This document shows positions 52,885 through 64,000 of a stretch of DNA of 64,000 nt, one piece after another (position 1 is the stretch's first letter; every line of letters begins with the position of its first letter). The stretch is from NCBI GenBank assembly GCA_023213395.1, contig CM041465.1:149489741-149553740 (forward strand). Reading direction: 5' to 3'. The DNA comes from Cycas panzhihuaensis. Lineage: Eukaryota; Plantae; Cycadophyta. Below the pieces are notes generated by a model. That model was given only the letters and a program-made list of their open reading frames with translations. It was not told the origin of the DNA and did not search any database. The position numbers were made by a program, and so were the translations under genes.

Positions 52885-55842
52885 AGAATCGCATCTATGG
52901 GGATGGTAATTGCACTTGGTGAAGATTGGGGCAATCAACGATAAATATCGAAATAAAAGAATGCAATCCTACAAGTGGAAGAAAACAACCATACATGGTG
53001 TCCGTACATCAGAACGCAAGTTCGGGACCCACGAATGGCACATAGCTTCCTCAAGGTAGCTTAGGCTTTTGGCTTGAAGGGTAAGATACACGTGGGGTAT
53101 CTTGGATGACCCCAAATGATGGAATCCTCCCACCCTTGGATGGCCGGAAGGGAAGAGGGAGGCCCAATGAAGAAAGAACTACTACGAGGATGCGATATGA
53201 TATGGGTGGAATAACAAGAACTCCTTAGGTCGACTCACCTAAGGCAGGTCTACGAGTAAAAGAAGTGATGGCGAAAGACCACTTGCTGCTACGTGAGTGA
53301 AGGGATCTAAATCCCGGCAAAGGCAACGTGGGTAGAGTGTGTGAATAGGAATGTGAAGAAGGTATATGAAAGGATAATTTAAGTGTTCTCGTTTATTTTC
53401 ATAAAAGAGGAACTTTAAACACTCTCTCACTCTCTTTTTATTTTAAAACAAGAAAAGGACAGAAGAAGTATTCCAAATACACTCAAGCATGTATGTTAGG
53501 AAATGCAAAGCTAAGGGACGTTTTGCATTTGGGTAGGAGAGGAGGGAGGTATAATTCCTATGATATGCTCCTTCCTATAAAGGCAACATGCAACATGCAT
53601 ATGCAAGATGAATGTATGCAAGTTAGTTGATTACTCTTTTCCTTTTATTTTGTTTATTATGCACGATGATGGATCTAATAATAACAAAGGGAAAGAGCTA
53701 TCAAAGGAGGGAAAATATGTACCCAGAAAGTTACGTGGTTGAAGAAGATGTCTTGCTCGTATGTTGTGCTTCGCTCCCTTGTGCTTGTCTGATGCACTAA
53801 TGTTGTCGAAAGGTGGTATTGGAGGGGGCTTCCTTACCTTCCTCGTGTAAAAGAAAAGAAAGGAAAGAAACTAGAAAGGACAAAAGAAAACAAAACAACT
53901 ATACGAGGAAGCGAAGTGAAAAGGAGAAAGGTGAAGACTTACCCAGATCGAAGTACCTTTCCCTTTTCACGAACATTATGATGAAACCTACAAACATAAA
54001 GTTTTTCTTCCCCTTCCTTCAAGGGGCTACTAGAATACCAAGTATATATATATATGAAATAAAGTGCCAAAATTTACAAGAAAAATGTTGGAAACAACAT
54101 AAAATATTTAACAACATAAGTCGCAACAAGCAATGAGTGTTAGTAGTTAGCCTCGGAATGGCTAACTGTCTTATGAAAGTACCTCCACATAGCCTTTGAG
54201 TACCTAGATAGCAGGTTTAGGTAGCCTATATGACATTCGATAGTGAAAGGAACAAATACTATAGAAGCTGGAAATGTTGTAAGTGTTACCAAAGTTATAG
54301 TATGTATCACACACAACACCTAGTGAGGGAGTAGCCAAAATAGGGATATAACGCCACTAGGAGGCTAAAATACCCTACTGATATAGGGCTCTCAAGGTTG
54401 GAAATAGTGCAGTAAAGGGTTTCATACATTGATTCTAGTAATAGCCTCCTTTCCGGGGTCGTCCGGTGGCCTAAGGAGGACACAAGGAGGAGAGCAAAGG
54501 AGGAGAAGGGGGATTGCCCCTTGGGAAGCTGGCCTTGTAGGGTATAGAACTCACCAAGGGCTTCCTTCACTCACACCTTGAGTAGCTCACCTCACAACCC
54601 TCTTGGAGAGACCAGAGTGATAACAAGAAGAAAATACAAATATGAAAGGAAAAAACTGCAGGGAAATACCTCCTGCATAAACTAAAAAGTACTGAAAATA
54701 AAAGAGGTATGGAAGAGATTTTAGCTTTCAAAGGAGTTTTAAGGAAATGACATGGAGAAAAACACAAAGAGCTACCTGCTGGCCTGAGTTTGTAGCAGCC
54801 TTGCCTAAGAGCAGCGTAGGATTGGGCTGATCTAGGTGCTTGCAGGAGAATCCCTACAAAATCTGAAGGAGAAACCTGCTATATGCCTGTGAATGCAAGC
54901 TTTGAATAGTGTCTTCACTTGATGAGGCTCCTTGATGAGATAAATTCCATGAACTGAAGCTGTGGAAGGTAGAGTCCAGGAGATCTCAGTAGATGCAGGG
55001 TATTTCCTGTAGGAGGAAGCTTGCAGAGGTGGCAGAAGACCAAGAGAAAGAGAGTTATAGGAGATCGTTAGAGAGTGTAAGAAGGGGAAATGAGGAAATT
55101 TTTAGGCTTTATATACAACCCTATCCCTAATCGAGTAATTAGGGTTATGTTGGGACTTGGTAGCGACTAATCCACGTGGCAATTTCATGAAAATTATGAA
55201 AATTGCCATGGTGGATTTTAAAAAATAGAGGTAGACAGTCGCACCATGGTAAGCTTCATAGTATCGCAACAAACTTCATGGTGCTGCAAAATTTTCCGCA
55301 GTGTGGGACTAAAATGCATCAAAAAGGGAAATAAAGGTCTTGAGGTCCCTAGAAGAGGTATCTTAGGCCTAGGAGGGGTTGGCCCTACTGTCCAGGTGGC
55401 TAGGGACAGTCCAAGTAGGTAAATGGGCTAGACCAAGTAGGGCATTGAGAGGTGGAGCTCCTAAGAAACCTATGGCCAAACACAAAATGTCGACCACTTA
55501 TAGCGAGATGCTAAGAGTTGCGGTAAAGTGATAAAAGTGTGAGAGGATCACACAAATAGATCAATGCTCGAGGCAATGTGGAGGTGCAACAGAGGGTTGT
55601 AAGGCACCATAGGGGCACATGCCTCTCGGAGAAGCATGTCCCGTAGGTTGTCATAGGCTAGGGATGTGTAGCATGATTAAGCAGCAAGATGCATGGCAAT
55701 CACAAAGATGAGGCACTCAATCATGCAATAAATCAAGCAACGTTTCAATCTACCTCCTGAAATGACTAAGAAGGGAGATGGAAATATACCTGTGCTTACC
55801 TGAGTTGACCTGCCCATACCCATTCCCAGTAGCTGGGAAATA
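52885..55842 (-). repeat. 5' LTR of Tat element (~3 kb if it extends to the PBS; homology to the other LTR covers ~53850-55842)
   Basis: Match to 39142-41191; no PBS at 53846, but a PBS-like site at ~52864-52882. Confidence 0.75.
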
Positions 55843-56925
55843 AAGCATTACATTACTGAAGAGGTTGAAGATGGTGGAAGGATTACCATTGGTTTCCTGC
55901 TCAAATGGTGTGTGTAAAGGGTGTGTGCATAGCAAGCATCATCACTACCCTTTTACTTGGGAGAATGCCTAGAGAGCCAAGGAGAAGTTGGAGCTTGTAT
56001 ATTTAGACATAATGGGTCCTCTTCCTAACCCTTCTATATTAGGAGCTCAGTATACCCCTGTGTTTGTAGATGACTATACCAAGAAAGCCTAGGTTTACTT
56101 TTTCAAAAATAAGTCAGACCTTCTGTGACTAAAAAGCGATGGTAGAAAATGAAAGTAATAAGAAGATTAAATCTTTAAGAAGTGATAATGGCAAAGAATA
56201 CAACAACCACATGTTTAATTAGTTTTTCTGTAATCATGGTATAAAGCAAAAATTTACAGTCTCGTATATCCCATAACATAATGGAGTTGTTGAATGAAAG
56301 AACTATACCATGATGGAAATGGCGAGGTGTATGGTGCATATAAAAAACCTGCCATTGATGTTTTAGGCAGAGGCTGTGGCAACTACTGTGTATATCTTGA
56401 ACTAGGTACCTACTCAGGCAGTTCACAACATGACCCTTAAAGAGAAATAGACTAGTCAGAAGCCTATCATTAGCCATTTAAAAACCTTTAGGTGTATTGC
56501 ATATGCCTACATCCCAGAAGATATTTGTAATAAGCTGGATTGAAAGAGTCTGAAGTGTATATTTATGGGGTATTACAATGAGAATAAAGCTTATAGACTA
56601 TGGGATCCATAGGGGAAGAAGATTGTGATTAATCAGGATGTAAAATTTAATGAGTCATCAACATATCACGCTTAAAGAGCATTAGAGGAGCCTTTTTACC
56701 CCATGCTTCTCCCATTCCCAGATTCATCAAGCAAAAAGGATGATGAGCTAGTTGCTAAAGCACCTAAGGAAGTATGACCAAGTGGGACATGTAATAGTAA
56801 GGAGTTGCTATGAGAAGAAGTACCTCCAACAACAGGTCCTTCTATACCTTTATTGGCAAAGAAGACTATTGAAGATTCTGGTATGGCGATGTAAACCCTG
56901 ACTGATGATAAAAGAACACAAAGTC
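55843..56925 (+). mobile_element. Copia A continuation: GAG-pre-integrase and integrase, truncated before RT
   Basis: SITLLKRLKMVEGLP..CKGCV, LELVYLDIMGP, FVDDYTK, LRSDNGKEY; colinear with the reverse complement of 15300-16400. Confidence 0.88.
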
Positions 56926-57168
56926 TATAGCTTAACTCATCATTCATATAATCATCTACCAATATATGTTAGAATGGTTGCATCATTCACATGATCATCT
57001 ACATAGCATGGCATATACTTGCCTTAAATAGAACATGTACTTCTAATAGTCTGCGACTAGGGTTAGAAGTTATGACTCTAATTCAAATCCATTGCTTTAG
57101 TATGAACCTGGTTATAAACTTGCCAAACCTGCTCTAAATATGTGCTTCAAAACCCTACTCTGATGCCA

Positions 57169-57591
57169 TGTTGGAGAGAGGGTATCATTATAAATTCATA
57201 AGTATAATCACCAATATTAGACATGAATCCAACCCCAAATTTACACAAATATTTAGAAGGTGGAAAACCCCTTTAGGGGAGAAAAGTCCACTTTAGAAAT
57301 AATAGATTTTATAATAATAATAATAGATTGATACAATGGATATGTATGAGAATCTCATGATCTCATCCTCTATCTCTTATATTTTTTAGCTAGCCTAGCC
57401 TCCTTCCTACATACCTAACCCAAGCCAACAATGTTTGAAAGATTTTAGAATAAAAATAGGTAGGAATTCGTTGAAATAGACAATTGTCCATTTCACTGAA
57501 CTTTTAGTAATACATTATTTGACTTTTATAATAATTACATTTATCAAAGGTTAAAACATAACATTAGATTAAATAAATAATATTTCTAACA
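57169..57591 (-). repeat. 5' LTR of outer Copia
   Basis: TG..CA termini, adjacent PBS, colinear with 28187-28634. Confidence 0.92.
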
Positions 57592-58911
57592 CTTCATAGA
57601 GCTTGTATAGAACTATCATCCTCCTTACTATTGTTTCCATGTTTAAGTCTAGGTTAAAGAAGCCCCAATCTCCACCCTTATAACCTTGTATTTATTGAAA
57701 CACAAACTTTTAGGTAAATAACAAGAATAATCTTATCACTTGTTTGATACCTGTGTATTAGATCATCCATAATGATAAGAATACCACTCATAGTGGCCAA
57801 TAATATAAACAACATGCTCAATGCAATATGTATTCTCATTATAATAAGTTCTCTAAAATGAGCTTACATCAAGCATGATCTCCATAGGATACCTCCATGT
57901 TAGAACAAGGCTTCAACATAACTAATCTACACATGATTTTGCCATAAATGTTTAATAGCATTAGAGTATTCACAATGTGGCTTTTTGCAATAAAAACAAC
58001 CTCCAAGTGAGTAAACGATAAGATACAAATTGGCTTTACATGGCTTTCAATACACATGGAATCATCTCCACTCCTTGATGCTCTAGATCCATGCTTCCAA
58101 CCAATGAATAAAACACTCATCAATCAAGAATTTTTTTACTTCAACATACAATGGCTTCTTCCAAAGAGATGTGGGCACGACATTTAAGGTATACATGATT
58201 TAAAAAATATGTGAAATTGAAATATTAATAATTACAATCATAACCCAAGATTCATAAGCTTGGAGAAGAATATAATCTTGATTATAAATTATTACATCTT
58301 TAGCAAATCACAATGCACCAAGCTAGCATTTCTACTAGTATAAACAGGCCAACAACCTTTCAATAAGAGAATTGACTCTAAAATAAGTATATAAACATCC
58401 ATATACAATATAATGCATCACCACACCATAAACATGAGCTAGAAAGCTCCTCAAAGTGATCTAATCACCCGTAGAAGGTGCTAATAATGTTTGTCATTCA
58501 AGTATAAGATTTAATTCCCAACATGTCTAAATGACCTTTAAATGGATCCCAATGCTCTCGAAATAAGACCAACATAGCCTAACACTATTATATCACCTTC
58601 AAATGTAGCCCAATAGGTATATGGAGTGCTCAACATGTCTAACTAGCTCCAAAATACTTCAACATTAGCCTAATATAGTCTAAATAGTGCCCAACACTAA
58701 TCTATGACCATAAATACTAATAAAATATTAGTAACAAGCCAATTTCACCTCTTTGATTATTATTACAAATTTATGTCACTTTTTTAGTTGTTAAAAATGG
58801 TTAAAATCACCACACATAAGGTTGTCACCAATGTTACTAAGTAACCTTCAATCTTATTACCTGCACCCAATCATAGCCTCAACTATGAACATCCATTCAA
58901 ATTTGATACCA

Positions 58912-59256
58912 TATGAAGAAATATGAAACTATAAAATCATGCAGTTATAAACAATAAGTTTCTTGATCATACATATGTAAGCATGCATAAAAGAGCACAA
59001 TACATAGTGCACATGTTTTATATGGGAAAACTCTTTTAAGAAAAAGCCCACATAAGAAAAATAGTCAACTATATTTCTTCTAATCTTGATTGATACATCC
59101 TCCTTAATATAGTTGACCCATATTATAAATGCCACCTAAGGGTTTATATAACACCCCAAATGGTGCATTAATCAATGGTTGCAACTCTTGGTATTCATGT
59201 CCTTAGGCTTATAATTAATTAACCATTAGAAATTAACCTTAACTGCCACTCTAACA
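58912..59256 (-). repeat. Copia-type 5' LTR with PBS remnant; partner not seen
   Basis: ttgatacca at 58903-58911, ...ctctaaCA end, and the LTR hairpin motif shared with other Copia LTRs at 59022-59051. Confidence 0.6.
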
Positions 59257-60383
59257 AAATGATAGATCTATTGAGCTTATAGCATTATCCATTTACATAA
59301 AATATTTAACTCTGTTATTTATATTCATTTAAACAAGTACCAATAAATTTAGCCATGCTTTATCATCTCTTTCAAGTTAATTCATTTATATTTTAGTTAT
59401 ATAATTTATGAGAGTATTACCTTTATTCATAATAGTTCTTGCTTATATATGTATAATAGGTCTATTATTAAGCCACAATGAATGAGAAATTCCAAGTCTT
59501 CATTATAATCTAAGAGAATCTTTATAAGTAGGTCCTTCTTCCCCACTTAGCATAATTCTTAGTTTATTTAGTTGCTATTATATATACTTACTTGGGAGTT
59601 AGTTACTTATGTTCTTGACCTTATTCCTCTTCTTTCTATTTCTTAAATCTCTTTTTCTCTTCATTCACACTCATCATTTCTACTTTCTTTCTCCTTTCTT
59701 TTCCTAATTTACTTCTTCCTCACATGTCCATCATCCATCCATTAATTAAAGACTACTATAAGAGAGTTTTCTATTTATAATAACCATTGCCTTATGCTCC
59801 TCTTAGTGGTGCTCCCCTTAGAACCCTATTAGGATTGTCATCATTGACCTTGCTAGGGGTGTCCCCTAGGACCCCTCTTAGATGTGTTAGTCAATGGATC
59901 CTATTATTACGTGGGTAATTTAGGAATCATTACGTAAAGCCCCTAAATTAGGCTATGATCCTAAATTAGGAAGCATGGGTATATTTTCATAATCATGGTA
60001 AATCCAAATCTGGAACTCATGGGCTATGAATTCTTACTAAATAAACAAATGACTATGATCCTAAATAAATACATAAACATTTTATTTATAAACATTTAGA
60101 AATAAAGGACTTCCTTTGAATCCTGGTCATGAACTACAAAACTTATTATAATGATATAAAAAAGATGATTAGTACCATTAATACATAGTTTATCCCACTT
60201 TTCATTGGGTTGCATACATTAATTTCATTACATCTAATGGGTGCACTTAATCAATTTGGCATCCTTAGAAATCATCATTTATTTATCTTATAATTATATA
60301 TAAATTTATACATTTATATATTTTGCATTTCATTGCACAATTTTGTATAGTTAACTAGGTCATACTTAAAGTCTTACTTAATT

Positions 60384-62490
60384 TGTTGTAAAAAAAGATG
60401 ATTCATTAAATATGAAGAATTACATATATAAAATAATAAACCCACTATGGGAGAGAACATAATCCCCACCATCCCATGTATTAAAATACAAAAACAATCC
60501 CCTTTAGGGAAATGTATACAACAAAGACTATATAGTTGACACTAAGAACTAAAGACAATATATCATTTGACCACCCATCCTCATTTTCTTATAAAGAGAG
60601 CAAAACTATTACCATAACTATCATCCCGTTTGTCATAGGGGTCTTATCTTAGCTTTCACATTTTGTAGGTCACTGGTTCAATATTAATTAGGATAAACAC
60701 CTAGGTGGTGAACTATTAATTAACTCTTGAACTAGTCAAATGAAAGATTATGTGCTAAGGTGACCTAACTAATCACGCTTGTATGCAAGAGATAATTATT
60801 AGTCAAAAATCTAGTATCCATATATATATTGAGAAATATTATTTAATGATGATGAATGCATACAAGTTAGGTATATTTATATTATTAAATATAAAGTGTT
60901 CTGACTTTAACAAATAATAGTTACCTCCTTTCATAATATTAGATACTACTTAATTATTAGTTAATTGGCCTTACTATAAGCTTTCCCTTTTGAAAAATGC
61001 TTTCCCCTCAACTATAAGAATACTGATCTTATAAATGAGGATATTTTCCTAGGATTATAGAAGATTCCCATGAAGCATCTTCCTTCGAAAGGTGTTATCA
61101 TTTAATAATATATTCTAAATTATTTTGGAGCATAAATGTCATTCTTATACCTCCAGGATAGATTTAGGAGTTAAGAATAGTGTACCTTCCTCATCTAATA
61201 CTGGAAGCTCAATTTGCACTGGCACTTCTTCTCCCAACTTACACCTTAAGCAAGGAACATGGAAAACGCCATGCATATGTGTAGTAGATGATATATTAAG
61301 GGCATATGAGACTTCATCCACTTTTTTCCTTATGTGATATGGACCATAAAAATCATGGGTTGAGTTTTTCCTTCATGGTTTTCTTTAAGGTGGCTTATTT
61401 GTATGATTGCAAATATAGGTAGAGCTAATTACCTTTTAAAAATTGCCATTCAGTTTGATGCAAGTCAATCTATTATTTTATTTTATTTTAGGTATTAGAA
61501 AGATGTTCATATAGAAAAGTAATTATATTTTTGGATTCTTACAAATAATTTTATTATTGGAATTCATGAGTTTATATTTCCTAATCCTTCATTAAAGTAG
61601 GATCATACTCATGTAGTACTTTGAAGGGAGTAATTTTAATGGATATGTGATATGTAGTATTGTACCATCCTTCGATCAAATATAACCACTTAACATAGTT
61701 GTCTAGTTTATATACTACAAAACTTTGAAAATAATTTTCTAAGTATTTATTAATAATTTTGATTTGTTTGTCCATTTAAAGGTGGTAATTAGTACTAATA
61801 TTTAAAGTCGTACCTAATTATTTAAATAATTCTTTCCAAATTTTACTTTGAAATTTTGGATCCTTATCACTAATAATAACTCTTAGAAACCCATTATGTT
61901 TGTGAATCTCCTTCATAAATACTAATGCAACCTAATGAGCCTTATAGTCACTTTATATGGCCCTGAAATAAGTATATTTAATTAATCTATTGACCACAAC
62001 ATATATGTAATTTTTATTATCTATACTCAGTAATTTTCTGATGAAATATATACTTATGCTTTCCCATTATGTGTGATGAAATAAAAGTGGTCATAACAAT
62101 CCTTATAGAAGAATATTTTCATATTTTATATTTTGATATACTTTACATTCATCGACATAATTTTTAGTATCACTCTCCATTCATTTCTAAAACAATAATT
62201 ACCTTATTTGGCAATAGGTCTTATAGAGTGTAGTATGTCCTATGGTAGGTATTATATATCCTCCTTTCAAAATTTGTTTTTACAATTTAGATTCATGTCC
62301 TAGATAGATATGAGCTTTATACCATAAAATATCATTATTTCATTCAAATTTTTCTTAAAATTCTTTTTTGATATTAATAATTAGCTAATTAATTTTAGGA
62401 TCCTTATCATATTTAGCTCGTATGTCACTTAGCTAATGAAGATTGATAATTATAATTACCTAAAGTAAAAACTCCTTATCTCATTAAAAT
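60384..62490 (-). mobile_element. Degraded chromovirus Gypsy 3' part (probable LTR ~60384-60978, chromodomain, integrase)
   Basis: PPT-like rc ctttcccttttg at ~60981; DASWE chromodomain motif ~61065-61080; FYGPY ~61340; integrase ORF 61581-61775 (WYNTTYH.SI..TPF); SDKDPKF ~61860. Confidence 0.8.
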
Positions 62491-62494
62491 AGGA

Positions 62495-64000
62495 TGTAAA
62501 TAACTACATTTATCTTATTGGCTTCGAGGTACAGAGCGAAAGGATTTCAAGTACATAAACATCATCTTGAAGTGAAAATATTAAATTGTGAATGTAAATG
62601 GTAGTGTTAAAAAACACCAGGGAGGTATTCTCCACCTATAAATAAATAAATTTAGGGAGGCGGCAAGTGCCTCAACCTAACTAATGTTAAAATTCAAAAA
62701 ATGAATAAAATATTAATCTAATAATTGAATATCTTACCTAAGGTGGTTGTGGTAGCTCCTTGTTAGCTACTAATGGTTGTTTGGTGATACTAAGTGGCTT
62801 GAGGTGACCTTGGGAGGCTCAAGGTGGTATTGAGGGGCCTAAAGTGCTCACATGCACTTGCAAATTGGGTATTATCCCAACATTCTTCCCCATAATGACC
62901 AATATATATAACTCCCAACTTGTCTCTGAATTTCTGAAATTTGATCTTACCCAAAACTTTAGTAAAGATGTCCACTACTTAATCTTCAGTGCTACAGTAT
63001 GCCAATTCAATCTCTCTTACTTGTACTAGATCTCGAATAAAATGGTATTGCATCTTAATATGTTTCATTCTTTCATGAAATATCAAATTCTTTGTCATTT
63101 ATATTATACTATAATTAATATACCAAATTCTTGTAGGCCCTTTTTGTCTTAGTTGAAAGTCTTGCAATAGTATTCTCAAATAAACAGTTTCATATGCATG
63201 GGTGACTGCTACTTTATATCCTACTTTAGTTGTAGATAGAGAGACTGTATTTTGTTTCACAGTGGTCCAAGCTATAGTGACTAAACCTATACTAAATATG
63301 TAACCTGAAGTTGATTTTCTATCGTCGATGTCACTTGCCTAATCTGAATCTATATAGCCTGTCAACTGAAAATTTGACAAAGCTTTATAATATAGACCAT
63401 ATTTTGAATTGCCTTTAAGATAATGTAGAATTTTTTTGGCTGCTTGCCAATGAATAGTCTTTGGGTCTTACATGAATCTAGATACAACACTTACTGAATG
63501 CATTATGTCTAGTTGAGGGGATGTCAAGTAAATCAAACTGCTAATTAACTGTCTATAGAGTGTAGGATCAATAGGTATAGAGTCATCTAGTTTGGAAAGC
63601 TTGATTCCTATTTCAGCTGGAATTACTAATGATTTGCAATCGATCATTCTAAACTTTTGTAGTAGATCTAGGGTATATTTCCTTTGGGATACCATTTTTA
63701 TCCTACCATACATCTAAACCTAAGAAGTAATGCATTAATTCTAAATTTGTAATTTCAAATTCCTTACACATGGCATCTTTAAAGTTTTACAAAATATGGG
63801 AGTCATTTCTAGTGTAGACAAGTTCATCTACATAGAGTCCCATAATTAGAATAGAATCTCCCTTAATTTTGATATAGAGATTTGGATCTAATTGAGACCT
63901 TTCAAAGCCTTGATCTCTAAAATATTTGTTAACTTAGGAATACCAAGCCTTGGGTTCTTATTTCAAACCATAAAGTGCCTTTTTGAGTTTGTACACTTTG
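62495..64000 (-). mobile_element. Ty1/Copia 3' part (LTR ~62495-62882, RNase H, RT), continuing beyond the window
   Basis: PPT rc ttcttcccc at 62883; DIFTKVL (62790-62975), YRQLISSLIYL (63468-63713), LYVDEL ~63820, LKKALYGLK at the window end. Confidence 0.88.

Larger units (their letters stand above)
39142..55842 (-). mobile_element. Tat-clade Ty3/Gypsy element (TatIII-type order GAG-PROT-RT-RH-INT-aRH) with an antisense PMD ORF
   Basis: Long LTRs (39142-41191 matches ~53850-55842); PPT rc ctaccccct 41192-41200; degenerate tRNA-Arg-type PBS rc gtccctagtatggtcgcta ~52864-52882; minus-strand gag, protease, RT, RNase H and integrase; separate aRH ORF 3' of integrase. Confidence 0.92.
28187..57591 (-). 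mobile_element. Outer Ty1/Copia element hosting three nested insertions; gag/protease missing
   Basis: LTRs 28187-28634 and 57169-57591; PBS rc actctgatgcca 57157-57168; PPT rc next to 28634. RNase H, RT and integrase remnants at 28740-31000 (ORFs 28806-29081, 30491-30679; FRSDN.KEY near 30950). No TSD recognised. Confidence 0.85.

Noticed and set aside
57869-58123. GWKHG motif suggesting a hAT BED zinc finger
   Set aside because: The required Cys/His spacing and downstream transposase motifs are not recognisable; would need BLASTX.

Overview
Plant nuclear DNA, most likely from a gymnosperm (inferred from a TatIII-type retroelement architecture). It is AT-rich and dominated by nested, C>T/G>A-eroded LTR retrotransposons. 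There is one intact host gene, an EXORDIUM/PHOSPHATE-INDUCED-1 (PHI-1) family gene with an intronless CDS (22217-23215, +), inside a ~3.5 kb CpG-retaining island. Left of it lie a Gypsy integrase remnant, a chromovirus Gypsy (2548-9244, -) and a Copia (9349-19301, -) carrying a nested non-autonomous gag-only element. Right of it is a 29 kb nest. An outer Copia (-) is interrupted by Copia A (+), which is in turn interrupted by Copia B (+, perfect AAAAT target-site duplication) and a ~16.7 kb Tat-clade Gypsy (-). Two internal deletions affect this nest. Two observations stand out. (1) The Tat element carries, 3' of integrase, a head-to-head cassette of a free-standing archaeal-type RNase H ORF and an antisense plant-mobile-domain (PMD) ORF around a central TATA-containing spacer. 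(2) Copia B carries, immediately behind its primer-binding site (PBS), an antisense captured 5' fragment of a host DSK2/ubiquilin ubiquitin-receptor gene. A conserved stem-loop also recurs in the LTRs of four Copia families. All boundaries were read by eye and may be off by a few bases; no alignments or database searches were run.
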